From positions 1 to 64,000 of IMG/VR virus record IMGVR_UViG_3300017919_000016: DNA of 64,000 nucleotides; one strand, given 5' to 3'. Positions 49,501 through 58,675 of the stretch are shown here, piece after piece; the first letter of the stretch is position 1; each line of letters opens with the position of its first letter. The notes under the pieces were generated by a model, which was given only the letters and a program-made list of their open reading frames with translations, was not told where the DNA came from and ran no database searches. This DNA is from a virus. Taxonomy: Duplodnaviria > Caudoviricetes. A program made the translations under genes and the position numbers.

Positions 49501-49900
49501 TTTCTTTCTCAAAAATTACCGGTATTCCAAGATCACTTAAATGGTCCACAACTTCCAGAAGATCTTTCGCGTTTCTAGAAAACCTAGAGATGCTCTTCGT
49601 TAACACCAAATCTATCAATCCATCGTCGCAATGTCTAAGGAGTCTTTTGAACCCGGGACGACCATCTATCGTTACACCTGATATTTCCTTATCATAATAT
49701 AAACCCACCAACTTATACTCATCATGACTTCTGATGTAATGGGTGTAATATTTTAACTGATTCTCGAGAGAGTTGATTTGCTTATCACCGCTCTGTCTAC
49801 TAAGCCTGCAATAGGCAGCAACTCTTAACTTTCCATTACTCTCTTTTTCTGGCTCTTCTTTTTCCTTTGGCCATAGCACTTCAACCGTCTTTTTCCTCAC
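46544..49900 (-). CDS. LSR-C: tandem double large serine recombinase without the C-terminal wHTH
   Basis: AAYCRLS and AVYARVS units, two zinc ribbons; GTG start at 49900 after SD AAAGGAG. Confidence 0.92.
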   Translation of the reverse strand: MRKKTVEVLWPKEKEEPEKESNGKLRVAAYCRLSRQSGDKQINSLENQLKYYTHYIRSHDEYKLVGLYYDKEISGVTIDGRPGFKRLLRHCDDGLIDLVLTKSISRFSRNAKDLLEVVDHLSDLGIPVIFEKENINSMERKNKFFLTALAAISQDEIVSIAHNSKWGQNKRILSGNPIYRRQFGYKIVKTTQGQVAVIHEEEAEVIKEVFELFIGGMKIAEILKLLTDRGVKTVSGHTIWSHTLILNILENRSYIGEKITNQYNSSLSQKVEFLKDSEKDMYLIENAYPRILSPECFEKAKDMLSEKRRKKGLGKKIHHSCSKRISCGLCDVNYHKSRKKNRVEWVCSVKQKQARLCDSPRLTDKKILKLMKEIIRKRYDFNNPKILEVMKDELIWVNKNDRFELHRLSLLSKLQIAKEHQRRASEDELAIIEKEKVERAIVEFEHLATMIEEDRKYRDLAIELLRKAKSPEDFIERANVDVLRAWILEIRIFSLEDYQVHWYDDLHTTVGTCENRKVEMELKREQLMGKDLILKSQNKEQYRILVEGCEIEGVEEIDPPFPKVRGENMQAVRVEKYFSENIIDRIRREIRESKQHSPPAKKKVRIAVYARVSTDDPVQLGSLEAQMAYYTYAVLKNPDYRLIKVYYDEGVSGTKAENRDGFQELISDCRKGKIDRVITKSISRFARNTVDCLEYVRELEALGVSIMFEKEEIDTAEKDGEILLTVYSALAQEESRSLGESLTWGRSKLAERGSVKLSTLPYGFYYGKDGSWEIDSEKAAVVKRIFDEYLLGKSMLGIAKGLTEDKIPSPKNNSAWGVTTVRRMLNNPAYIGDVLYQRKYTSDSITGKRVPNNGELPMYYIEDNHEAIIDKEKWDEVQRIINSKARKITKTNRHTRDEFFKVFQCGICGCPIVHLSSHKGLEKHYWRCRASVVKNHSEECFEKAIREENIEHTFMAMLQEMKNSKKLSELVNEVIEEVSLKPHEEQELERLEKEIEIYYQKLYETVEEGKKHGEDTGAIKVITDHIMDLHDKIRSYEDRKERVSALSEELKWLRKELLALEPFNPKKERVPFRRDIFTRLIKSGTLLADDVIEYQLSVGVRWNARDNRREYWKLPIKK

Positions 49901-50006
49901 AACAAAAACTCCTTTCACTAGAGCCCACCTGTAAGGTCCCAGGTATGTTATTAATGGCTCTAGTCCAGAGATAATGCAAGTACTATCTCCAGAATGAAAG
50001 AAGTTC
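49901..50006 (-). promoter_or_regulatory. LSR-C leader (anti-SD AACTTCTTTCA, TACTTGCA loop)
   Basis: Pairs with TGAAAGGAGTT; inner stems GGAGATAG/TTATCTCT and ACTAGAGCC/GGCTCTAGT. Confidence 0.6.
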
Positions 50007-50093
50007 TTTTTCTCGATCTGTTTCTCATGTCATGGCATTAGGTTTTCTTAGGTTTTGTAAGTCGAGAGTTGTGAATCTCTGTTTCAGAAGAAG

Positions 50094-51776
50094 CTATCTT
50101 GATTTCTTTTTCTGCGCTCTTCTCCTCGCGTCTACTTCATAAGAGGCTCCGCATTTGAGTCTAAACTCTACTCGCCATTTATTGTAGACGATTCCTTTCT
50201 CAAGAACTTTGGCCAGGATGTCTGGAACAAAGTCTTCTTCGGGGCCTTTGATGTTCTCTAAGACTTCAATTAGGATTTTCAGATTCTCTTCAAGGTATTC
50301 ACTTTCCTTTTTGTTCTCACTCAACCCATCATACTCCATTTGGAGAATCTCCTGTTCGTATATTAAGTGTCGCATAGTCGCCTCGTAAATGACCTCATTC
50401 GATCCTGTTGATCTGGCAGCCATTGCAGTAATTTTATCTGTAATCCTATCGATTTGGGTGCCTAGTTCATTTAGCCTTCTGTCTTCTTCCTCTGTTAATG
50501 AGGCTTCTTCAATCGCCAGTTCCACATCTTCAATCAGTTTATCTCTGTCATTTTTAATATCAAAGAGAAGTTTCATGAAGGCCCTTTCTAACTCTTCTTC
50601 CCAAACATAACTGCATTTACAATCTTTAAAATTTGGATCTCGTTTGGAAGCGACTCTACAGTGCCAGGCCGTGAACTTCACAGGTGCTCTATCCACTCCG
50701 CAGTGAGTCGTGAGCCGCCTTCTGGTCACCGGCCTTCCGCACTCTCCGCAAAATAGTTTATTTGAAAATGGCGCTGCCCCGCTATAAGCCATGTTGTATT
50801 TATTGTCTGGATCCCTAAACATCTTACTACGTCTATTCAGCTCTTCTTGTACCTTTTCCCAATCTTCCTCGCTGATGATAGCTGGATGGTGATTTCTAAT
50901 ATAGTACTGCGGCTGATGCTCTTTATTCCTCACTCGCTCATGGGTCAGAAAATCCACCGTCACGGTCTTCTGTGCTAGGCAATCACCTTTGTATTTTTCA
51001 TTTCGTAGAATTTTGTACACAGAATCTGAAGTCCAGGTCTTCTTATTTCTCGCTGTCCTAATCCCATCTTTCATCAGTTCCTTGGCAATTGTAGGTGTAC
51101 CTTTCCCTTCAAGTACCTCACGGTATATTCGCCTAACCACTTCAGCCTGCTTCTCATCGATGATAATATTTCCATCCTCGTCTTCTGTGTATCCTAGAAA
51201 GTAGGTCGTTGGAACATGGGCTTTGCCCTGTTGGAACCTTTTCTGAACACCCCACTTCGTGTTTTCTGAAATGGACCTCGACTCTTCCTGGGCCATGGAT
51301 GAAAGAATAGTGAGGAACAGCTCACTTTTACTATCTAACGTGTCGAGGTTTTCCTTTTGAAAGTAAATCCCAATGCCGAGGTTCTTCAGCATTCTGATGT
51401 AGTGTAGACAGTCCAGGGTGTTCCTCGCAAATCGGCTGATGGATTTGGTGATGATGTAGTCGATTTCTTTCTTCTGGCAACGCTCGATCATCCGATTAAA
51501 CTCAACCCGGTTCTTAGTTGAAGTCCCTGACAGGCCCTCATCAGCAAAGATCTCTACGAGTTCCCAGTTAGGGTTCTTCTCTACATATTCTTTGAAGTAA
51601 GATACCTGTATATCGTAGCTGGTGGCCTGCATGGCTGAGTCTGTAGAAACACGTACATAAACCCCAATTCTTTTCTTTTGACCATCAAAGTTCTCTTCAT
51701 TCCTCGAGGTCCTAGTTCGAGCTGGGATGATGCTGACCCTTGATGCTGGCAGCCTTCGTGTTTGTTCTGTATTCAT
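50094..51776 (-). CDS. LSR-B: large serine recombinase
   Basis: GVYVRVS, TKSISRFARN, CGECG. Confidence 0.93.
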   Translation of the reverse strand: MNTEQTRRLPASRVSIIPARTRTSRNEENFDGQKKRIGVYVRVSTDSAMQATSYDIQVSYFKEYVEKNPNWELVEIFADEGLSGTSTKNRVEFNRMIERCQKKEIDYIITKSISRFARNTLDCLHYIRMLKNLGIGIYFQKENLDTLDSKSELFLTILSSMAQEESRSISENTKWGVQKRFQQGKAHVPTTYFLGYTEDEDGNIIIDEKQAEVVRRIYREVLEGKGTPTIAKELMKDGIRTARNKKTWTSDSVYKILRNEKYKGDCLAQKTVTVDFLTHERVRNKEHQPQYYIRNHHPAIISEEDWEKVQEELNRRSKMFRDPDNKYNMAYSGAAPFSNKLFCGECGRPVTRRRLTTHCGVDRAPVKFTAWHCRVASKRDPNFKDCKCSYVWEEELERAFMKLLFDIKNDRDKLIEDVELAIEEASLTEEEDRRLNELGTQIDRITDKITAMAARSTGSNEVIYEATMRHLIYEQEILQMEYDGLSENKKESEYLEENLKILIEVLENIKGPEEDFVPDILAKVLEKGIVYNKWRVEFRLKCGASYEVDARRRAQKKKSR

Positions 51777-53404
51777 TAAGCATCTCCCCCTTCTTTAAGA
51801 CTGACCTCTGTTTCCTCACCAGTAACCCACACAATTCTCAATAAAAAAGATGACTCCGCTATTACACGTGTCATCCATGCCCTTAAAAATTTTGTGCTAT
51901 CTAGTTTTTTGTATAACTCATTGATAGGATTCGTTGACTCTTTAACTCTACCAAGCTCAGCAATAGCGTCTCTTCTGTATGGATCATCTGAATCAATCAT
52001 TGCCCACCAAGGTTCTCTTTCAGATATAGTTTTTTCGATAGCTATTCTCTGATTCTCAAACTCAGTACTATCTTTGTTTTCAATAACTGCCATGCTTTCT
52101 GCGAAGAGGGCTTTTTCCAGTTCTAGGCGCAGTTTATTCTGTTCCCCGTCTCTTAGCACTTCTGTGTTTAAGAGGTTCTTCTCAAGTTGAATGATTTGAC
52201 GTTTTGCAGGTGCCTTTGGATCAATCTCAAACTTCTCTATAAAGGCTTTCTTCAGAGCCTTAAAAATCGTCTCATCTTTGATACCATCCATTTTACAGAG
52301 TCTTGCGCTTTTCATGCGTGTGCTACAACGCCATGTGACATATCCTCTGGTCTTGTATCTATGGTAATTTGCACCACATTCACTGCAGACAATTCTTCCG
52401 GTAAAATCATAGCGTTTACTGGGCCCGCGCTTAACCCCTTTCGTTTTAGGTTTAAGCATCTTTTGTGCACTTTCAAATGTATCTCTATCAATAATCCCTT
52501 CATGATGATCTTTGATGTAGTATTTCGTTTTTTGTCCTTTGTTCACTACCTTCTTATGGGTTAGATAGTCTTCTGTAAATGTCTTTTGACAAACAACATC
52601 CCCTACGTAACGTTCATTTCTAAGGATTGATGTAATGGCAACGTTGGTCCAGTCATTTCTCCCGTTTGCCTTCACATAGCCATTTCTGATAAAGTGATTC
52701 GCAATTTCAGTCGGGGTTCTTCCTTCTAGAAACTGTCTGAAAATCTCGCGTACCGCGGCTGCTTCCTTTGGATCTATCACCCATCGTTTACCCTTCACCT
52801 TTTTATAGCCAAGAATTCTAACAAACCTGGCTTCGCCTTGCTCAAAGCGCTTTGATGTAGCCCAAGTGATGTTTTCTGACGTGCTTCGGCTTTCCTCTTG
52901 AGCTGTTGCTGCGAGCATCGTGAGTATAAATTCGCTCTGCATGTCCCCTGTGTAGAGATTTTCTTTCTCGAACAGGACATAGATCTTTTTCTCTCGGAGC
53001 TCTCTAATTACTTTTAAGGTGTCCATGACATTTCGAGCAAACCTTGAGATGGATTTGCAGAGGATCAAGTCGATCTTACCAGCTTTGGCGTAGCGGATCA
53101 TTTTATTGAACCCGTGCCTACTTTCCATCTTCGTTCCGGATTTGCCAAGGTCTGAAAAGACTCCAGCAAACTGCCACTCAGGGTTTGAGCGGATGTAGTT
53201 GGTATAGTGGACGATTTGATTATCAAGTGAATTCATTTGAAGCTCTTCTTCCGTACTAACCCTGCAATATGAAGCAACTCTTAATCTTTCACTATCGATC
53301 GCTAGGTTTCCCAAACTAAGTTCACTAGAACGATTTCTTGACGCTCCGTACCTAAAAGTTTCATTGTCCATGTCTAGTGTTCTCGCTGATAAAGTTTTCT
53401 CCAC
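51776..53404 (-). CDS. LSR-A: large serine recombinase
   Basis: ASYCRVS, CKSISRFARN, CSECG; TAATG-coupled to B. Confidence 0.93.
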   Translation of the reverse strand: MEKTLSARTLDMDNETFRYGASRNRSSELSLGNLAIDSERLRVASYCRVSTEEELQMNSLDNQIVHYTNYIRSNPEWQFAGVFSDLGKSGTKMESRHGFNKMIRYAKAGKIDLILCKSISRFARNVMDTLKVIRELREKKIYVLFEKENLYTGDMQSEFILTMLAATAQEESRSTSENITWATSKRFEQGEARFVRILGYKKVKGKRWVIDPKEAAAVREIFRQFLEGRTPTEIANHFIRNGYVKANGRNDWTNVAITSILRNERYVGDVVCQKTFTEDYLTHKKVVNKGQKTKYYIKDHHEGIIDRDTFESAQKMLKPKTKGVKRGPSKRYDFTGRIVCSECGANYHRYKTRGYVTWRCSTRMKSARLCKMDGIKDETIFKALKKAFIEKFEIDPKAPAKRQIIQLEKNLLNTEVLRDGEQNKLRLELEKALFAESMAVIENKDSTEFENQRIAIEKTISEREPWWAMIDSDDPYRRDAIAELGRVKESTNPINELYKKLDSTKFLRAWMTRVIAESSFLLRIVWVTGEETEVSLKEGGDA

Positions 53405-53484
53405 GATTCTTCCTCCTTTCGTCTAGTAAGCCATTCTATAAAAATCTTTTGAATGACCATCCAAACACCTCTTTTTAACAAAAG

Positions 53485-53562
53485 ACCCTGAAACGCTGAA
53501 AATTCAATGCTTCAGGGTATCGGCGTCATAGTATATATCACTTATAAACAGATGAATAGCAA
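53485..53562 (-). promoter_or_regulatory. Recombinase operon promoter-like motif and leader hairpin
   Basis: Conserved with 21294-21371. Confidence 0.55.
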
Positions 53563-53641
53563 GTCATTTCTACTATAAATTGGGATGAAAATAAGCCGAT
53601 GCTATAGAGATAACACCGGCTAGAGTTTTGCGATTTTTCTT

Positions 53642-54622
53642 CTATTCGAACTTCATATAGCCATCAAATCCTGCCGTTTTCAAACGGGCCATGAGATCCT
53701 CTGCATTCTTCTTTTCGCCGAATGCGCCCGCCTGGACCCGATAGAGTTTTTTGTCTCGCTTTTTCTCTGGCTCAACCTCCACACCAGCGCTGATCATGTC
53801 AAGGTTGTCTTTCGCTACCCAAGTCATAACCCCAGCCTTTTCATCCATGGTGCTTTTCAGAATGGTTTTTCCCAGTAGGACACATTCTTTGTCTCCTTTA
53901 ACCACTGGTTTACCACCGGACTCATCTTGGGTGATTAAGTGGTAGTTCCACTTCACCCAGTTTGGAATAATGGGACCGCCTGGATAGTAGGTTTTGGCAG
54001 ATGCCTTGATTTCTACAATATTACCAACTCCAAAGACCGTTTTACTATCATCTTCATTTTCGAGTTCTCTTTTCACAGCAGCTCTAAAGGAGTCCATATT
54101 TTCTCCATGCTTTGGAAACCAGTGCCCAACATCAGAATGATTAGAAGCAATGCCCTTCTTGTTTCCTTCTGCATGGCTGATGATATCCTTCTCGGTGAGC
54201 CCATATTTTCTGCAAAGGAACACGCAAAGATCCACTGCATTTTTCCAGGCCGCTCTAAAATAAGCCTCATGCTTTTTTGCGTCATAGCCCACCATCTGAT
54301 TTCTAGAATAAGAAAACCCACCCGGCTCGCATATCTCAAAGCCGATGTGGGTATTGTTTGCATCTCCTCCGGCATGCCAACCCCTGTGATTCCAAGGAAG
54401 GTACTGCCAGATTTCTCTATCATCCAGGAAGGCATGAACACAAACCTGACGTTTGATCTCTTTCGCTTTATAGGATTTGTTCCACCAAATGAACCAGTCA
54501 CCTGCCATCACACCGGGAGTTGCCGTGGAGTGGACCATGATGCCCCTCGGTGTGATCTTTCTCCCTGCGGTATAGCAATCATTTCTAGTCATGTACTTGA
54601 TTCTCAGATTATTTAGTCCCAT
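53642..54622 (-). CDS. Endolysin amidase with SPOR-like domain
   Basis: Paralogue of 21452-22432; overlaps the holin stop. Confidence 0.9.
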   Translation of the reverse strand: MGLNNLRIKYMTRNDCYTAGRKITPRGIMVHSTATPGVMAGDWFIWWNKSYKAKEIKRQVCVHAFLDDREIWQYLPWNHRGWHAGGDANNTHIGFEICEPGGFSYSRNQMVGYDAKKHEAYFRAAWKNAVDLCVFLCRKYGLTEKDIISHAEGNKKGIASNHSDVGHWFPKHGENMDSFRAAVKRELENEDDSKTVFGVGNIVEIKASAKTYYPGGPIIPNWVKWNYHLITQDESGGKPVVKGDKECVLLGKTILKSTMDEKAGVMTWVAKDNLDMISAGVEVEPEKKRDKKLYRVQAGAFGEKKNAEDLMARLKTAGFDGYMKFE

Positions 54623-55025
54623 CCTTATCACCTCCATCCTTTAGCTGCTCTAGGATGTCTCTCAGCTTCTCTGGGACCGGTAGGCCGAGTCTTGTGGCGT
54701 TTTCGACGATACTGATTCCTTCATTGGATAGATAGAAGAAGATCACCGCAGTCCTAATGGCGCTGCCATCTCCGATAATATTCTGATCAATAATGTGTGC
54801 CACTCCTACCAAAGAAAAAATCACTACCTTCTTAAAGATGCCCTGAGCGCCTACGTCGCTAGATAAGTGCTTTTCAAGCACCGCACACATAACACCCATG
54901 AGATAGTCAACCACTACAAAGGCAATCAGGGCATATAAAAAACCATCGTAGCCTCCTAGAAAATAACCAAGCCATCCACCAACCGCCGCAAACATCATCT
55001 GAATGAAATTCCAAACTTCTCTCAT
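54609..55025 (-). CDS. Phage holin
   Basis: Paralogue of 24603-25019. Confidence 0.92.
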   Translation of the reverse strand: MREVWNFIQMMFAAVGGWLGYFLGGYDGFLYALIAFVVVDYLMGVMCAVLEKHLSSDVGAQGIFKKVVIFSLVGVAHIIDQNIIGDGSAIRTAVIFFYLSNEGISIVENATRLGLPVPEKLRDILEQLKDGGDKDGTK

Positions 55026-55057
55026 TTATATCCCTCACTTTCATAAATTCTCGTATA

Positions 55058-55087
55058 TAAAAAGGCGCCCCCACAATGAGGACGCCT
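55058..55087 (-). terminator. Intrinsic terminator upstream of the holin
   Basis: AGGCGTCCTC..GGGGGCGCCT stem followed by Ts; homologue near 25054-25082. Confidence 0.75.
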
Positions 55088-55116
55088 GGTGTTTCTATTC
55101 TGTTTGATTGTTTCCC

Positions 55117-56265
55117 TTAATAGGGTGCGAAGTAAATATACCCACTTGCCTTTATATAAAAGCCATCACCCGGAATGTAGATGGCCCCATCGAATGTATC
55201 GTATTGACTTACCGCTAGATCAGGTTGATCCACCCCTTTCCAGCTGATACCATCATCGGACAAATACATCATCTTCTCAGTGAACAAAGCGTATTTCTTC
55301 CACTCATTCATCCAGATGATATTCCTTGGATTAGAGATGTTATTACTAGCGAGGTCACCGACCCATGAAAGATTCGTCTCCGTCATCTGTGTGGCATCGT
55401 CACTCATTACAGAGAGTTTCACATTGTAAATATAATCTCCACCCGTTTTTCTATAGTTATACTTTGTCACAAATAGCTTTTCATTTACTGACTGGATGAA
55501 CATGTATCTTGTATCATTCTCGTCTTCTGGTATTGTCGTGATCCACTCATCTGGAGCCATTGAGTTAGCAATAGCTATTGATTTATCGCCGCCTACCACA
55601 CCTACAAAGCTTCCTTTATGCGCTGTTAGATATTTGAAGATAGGCACCTTTTTTTCTTCAGTTGGTTCGATAAGAGTCCACTTAGTTTTCTCTTCTAATG
55701 AATCAAAGCTATGATAGATTGGAGTTTTCTCATACCACCAACTAACGACGCCACTTGATTCTTCCGCATCATATGCCGCTGTCGTCATGGCATTATAGGC
55801 TCCTTCACAGAAGCCCGCGTTATACCAAGTGATGCCATCATGAGAAGCGATGATATTAGCGAGTCCCGTAATCTTGGCCAGGAAAACTCCATCATCCGCG
55901 TAAAGTATCTCTGGTTCTCCATTTTCCCACCAAGAACAATCCACCATTGTCCACTCGCCACTATCTTTATCAAAATATGAAACGTAAGGAGCTTTTGCTC
56001 TATACACAGCGATCTGAGCACTTCCGTTATCATAAACATTGATCTGCTTTTCATCACCCAGCATCTCGTAACCAAAGTCTTCAAGGGTTAACTTTTCCCA
56101 GCTAAGTGAGTTCAGTCCAAGGTTTTCTACTGCATCATCGTCAAGATACTCTATCGCCTTAGCTTCATCAACTGGTGTGGTGTCAAAAAACACCATCGCG
56201 ACGATTGCAATAAAAGCGACAATCATCAAACTGATGATGAGCTTACCTTTACCACTTTTTATCAC
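55117..56265 (-). CDS. Membrane-anchored or secreted paralogue of the tail beta-propeller protein
   Basis: Basic N-region plus hydrophobic helix (KGKLIISLMIVAFIAIVAMVFF), then colinear homology to 56438-57511; SD AAAGGAG. Confidence 0.85.
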   Translation of the reverse strand: MIKSGKGKLIISLMIVAFIAIVAMVFFDTTPVDEAKAIEYLDDDAVENLGLNSLSWEKLTLEDFGYEMLGDEKQINVYDNGSAQIAVYRAKAPYVSYFDKDSGEWTMVDCSWWENGEPEILYADDGVFLAKITGLANIIASHDGITWYNAGFCEGAYNAMTTAAYDAEESSGVVSWWYEKTPIYHSFDSLEEKTKWTLIEPTEEKKVPIFKYLTAHKGSFVGVVGGDKSIAIANSMAPDEWITTIPEDENDTRYMFIQSVNEKLFVTKYNYRKTGGDYIYNVKLSVMSDDATQMTETNLSWVGDLASNNISNPRNIIWMNEWKKYALFTEKMMYLSDDGISWKGVDQPDLAVSQYDTFDGAIYIPGDGFYIKASGYIYFAPY

Positions 56266-56345
56266 TACTTCTCACCGCTCCTTTCAAATGGATAACACAT
56301 AGACACCATCTATGAACTCAAATATCCTACGATATTCTGACATCT

Positions 56346-56375
56346 ATTATAAAATATATAACTATATTTTTCCAA
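56346..56375 (-). promoter_or_regulatory. Sigma-A-type promoter for 55117-56265
   Basis: TTGGAA-N18-TATAAT in an AT-rich spacer absent from E1. Confidence 0.6.
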
Positions 56376-56437
56376 TCAATTCGAGCGTAAAACCATCTTT
56401 TTAATCGCCTCACTCAGCTTAAGAAATGTAGTTTTCA

Positions 56438-57511
56438 TTAGTATGGGGCATAGTAAACATAACCGCTAGCTTTAGCATAAAAACCATCACCAGGAATGTA
56501 CATGGCACCATCGAAGGTGTCATACTGACTTGTGGTGAAACCCGGCTGTTCAACTCCCTCCCAGTAAAGACCATCATTGGAGACACAGAGCATACTCTCT
56601 TTTAGAAGTGCGAACTTTCCCCAGTCCTCCATCCAGATGATGTTCCTTGGATTTGGGATATTGTTGTTGGCCAGATCCCCTACCCAGGAAAGATTGGTCT
56701 CGGTGATCTGTGTGGCATCATCACTCATCACACAGAGCTTTACATAGTAGGTATAATCACCGCCCACATTGGTGTAGTTGAACTTCATCACAAAGAGGAC
56801 ATCATTCACAGACCTGATAAACATATACCGGGTGTCGTTCACATCCTCTGGTATAGTCGTAGTCCAAAGACCGGGAGTGGCTGAACTGGCTATTGCTATG
56901 GATTTGTCTCCACCAACTACGCCGACAAAGTTTCCCTTATGGGTGGTCAGGTATTTAAAAATCGGTACCGAAGTTCCGTCAGATCCAACCAAGGTCCATG
57001 CAGTTCTTTCCTCTAAAGAGTCAAAGCTATAGAAGACTGGTGATTTGTAGTACCACCAACTGACGATACCGGAGCCTCTGGCCATATCATAAGCCCCACA
57101 TGTCATTGCATTATAAGCTCCGGGACAATACCCCGCATTATGCCAAGTGATGCCATCAAAGGATGCGATGACATTGGCAAGGCCCACAATCTTGGCAATA
57201 AACACACCATCTGCTGCATAGAGAATCTCCGGCTGGCCATAGCTCCACCAAGGAACACTGACCACTGTCCACTGCTTTGTGGTCTTGTTCCAGTAGGACA
57301 TGTAGGGAGTCTTTGCAAAGTACACAGCAATTTGAGCGTTGCCATTATCGTAAACGTTAATCTGCTTCTCGCTGCCATACTGGGTGTAGCCAAAGTTATT
57401 ATAGTATTTCTTTGACCAACTCAGTGTTGGAATGGTGAAAAGAACCTCTCCTCGTCCACCGAAAGCTGTCCAGATGGCTAGGGTGTTATTAAAAATATGA
57501 TCATAGCTCAT
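56438..57511 (-). CDS. Tail-associated beta-propeller-like protein, putative receptor-binding protein
   Basis: Near-identical protein to 25109-26182. Confidence 0.6.
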   Translation of the reverse strand: MSYDHIFNNTLAIWTAFGGRGEVLFTIPTLSWSKKYYNNFGYTQYGSEKQINVYDNGNAQIAVYFAKTPYMSYWNKTTKQWTVVSVPWWSYGQPEILYAADGVFIAKIVGLANVIASFDGITWHNAGYCPGAYNAMTCGAYDMARGSGIVSWWYYKSPVFYSFDSLEERTAWTLVGSDGTSVPIFKYLTTHKGNFVGVVGGDKSIAIASSATPGLWTTTIPEDVNDTRYMFIRSVNDVLFVMKFNYTNVGGDYTYYVKLCVMSDDATQITETNLSWVGDLANNNIPNPRNIIWMEDWGKFALLKESMLCVSNDGLYWEGVEQPGFTTSQYDTFDGAMYIPGDGFYAKASGYVYYAPY

Positions 57512-57526
57512 GGATTCAGCCCTCCT

Positions 57527-58654
57527 TTATACTTTTGTGACGCTGGTGATTCTTCCGCCGCTATCCACGGTGTAGTTATATGTTGCTGTTGTTCCGTCTG
57601 CGTATTCAATATAAAAACTCATCATATCCACCGTTAAAGTGGATACTTCTTTCAAAAGAAGCTCCGAGAAAATATTATCCAGGGTGATGCTTGTAATACG
57701 GCCCCCGCTATCTGTGGTGTACTGGTACTGGGCATGATACTGGTGAGTATCACCCTTTTCCACAGTGTAGGTCACATCAATGGTTGTTTCCGTCACTACA
57801 AGATTGGAAACTATGGTATAGGAGACCCCTAGGTCATTCACCTGTGTTTGAATGTCATCCACCGAGCTTCCCACATTATTTAAAGAACTCTCTATCCGGT
57901 AGAAGGTATCTGAAATGCTGGGTCTATACCTCCCAACTTCCACCCGGATGTTGTACCTATAAAAGGGATTGTATTCTAGGGAGATGATTCTCGTCTTCAC
58001 GTTGATTCCTAAGGGGTTAAAAACAATCTGTACATTATCTCCTACAGCAAGGTTCAAGAGCTTAAAGAATGAGATGTCATAGGATGAAGCATTCTCCCTG
58101 GAATCATGGGATACCGCTACGTTGGTTACATTCTTTGAATCCATCACCGGGATATAGTCAGTGCTTCCCCTATGACTTCGAATGTTGATGTTGTAACCAT
58201 CGTACTCAATTTCCCCGCCAAGGATAGCAATATATTGCATCAGAGCAGCCCTTCTTGATACTTCCTGATTTATCTTCATAGTGACACTCTCTGTGAAATC
58301 TACAATCCCAGCATTAAATGTTGTGCCTGAAAGAACCTGCTCAAGTCCTGCAGCCGGATCTCCGGTGAAGTCAAACTCTGTGATGTTATACATCTCATGA
58401 TTCAGGAGATAGGATACGTGCTCACAAATCACTGAACAGATAGGAAGGCTGCCCTGAAGACTCTTTGAAATCTGAACAATCTCAAAATACTGATCATCCA
58501 GTTTTGCGATCTGTTTTACCTTAAGAGCCAGTGCTGATTTTGCGAGCACCGTAAAAGAAAGTGTATACTCCCCTTCTAGGGTTTCTCTGACAGTAGCACT
58601 CATGACTTTTTTAATGTTTTGAAGCAGTGTACTACCTGCATAGATTTCAATCAA
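57527..58654 (-). CDS. Phage tail hub/spike protein
   Basis: Paralogue of 26187-27326. Confidence 0.8.
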   Translation of the reverse strand: MIEIYAGSTLLQNIKKVMSATVRETLEGEYTLSFTVLAKSALALKVKQIAKLDDQYFEIVQISKSLQGSLPICSVICEHVSYLLNHEMYNITEFDFTGDPAAGLEQVLSGTTFNAGIVDFTESVTMKINQEVSRRAALMQYIAILGGEIEYDGYNINIRSHRGSTDYIPVMDSKNVTNVAVSHDSRENASSYDISFFKLLNLAVGDNVQIVFNPLGINVKTRIISLEYNPFYRYNIRVEVGRYRPSISDTFYRIESSLNNVGSSVDDIQTQVNDLGVSYTIVSNLVVTETTIDVTYTVEKGDTHQYHAQYQYTTDSGGRITSITLDNIFSELLLKEVSTLTVDMMSFYIEYADGTTATYNYTVDSGGRITSVTKV

Positions 58655-58675
58655 GGCTAATCCCTCCTCTCTGTT

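Noticed and set aside
53939-54616. 225-aa plus-strand ORF, and similar plus-strand ORFs such as 1384-1986
   Set aside because: Antisense to clear genes and broken into shorter pieces in the paralogous copies.
55117-57511. Diversity-generating retroelement or tail-fibre shufflon
   Set aside because: No reverse transcriptase, differences are spread throughout and not adenine-specific, both copies share orientation with no inverted crossover sites.
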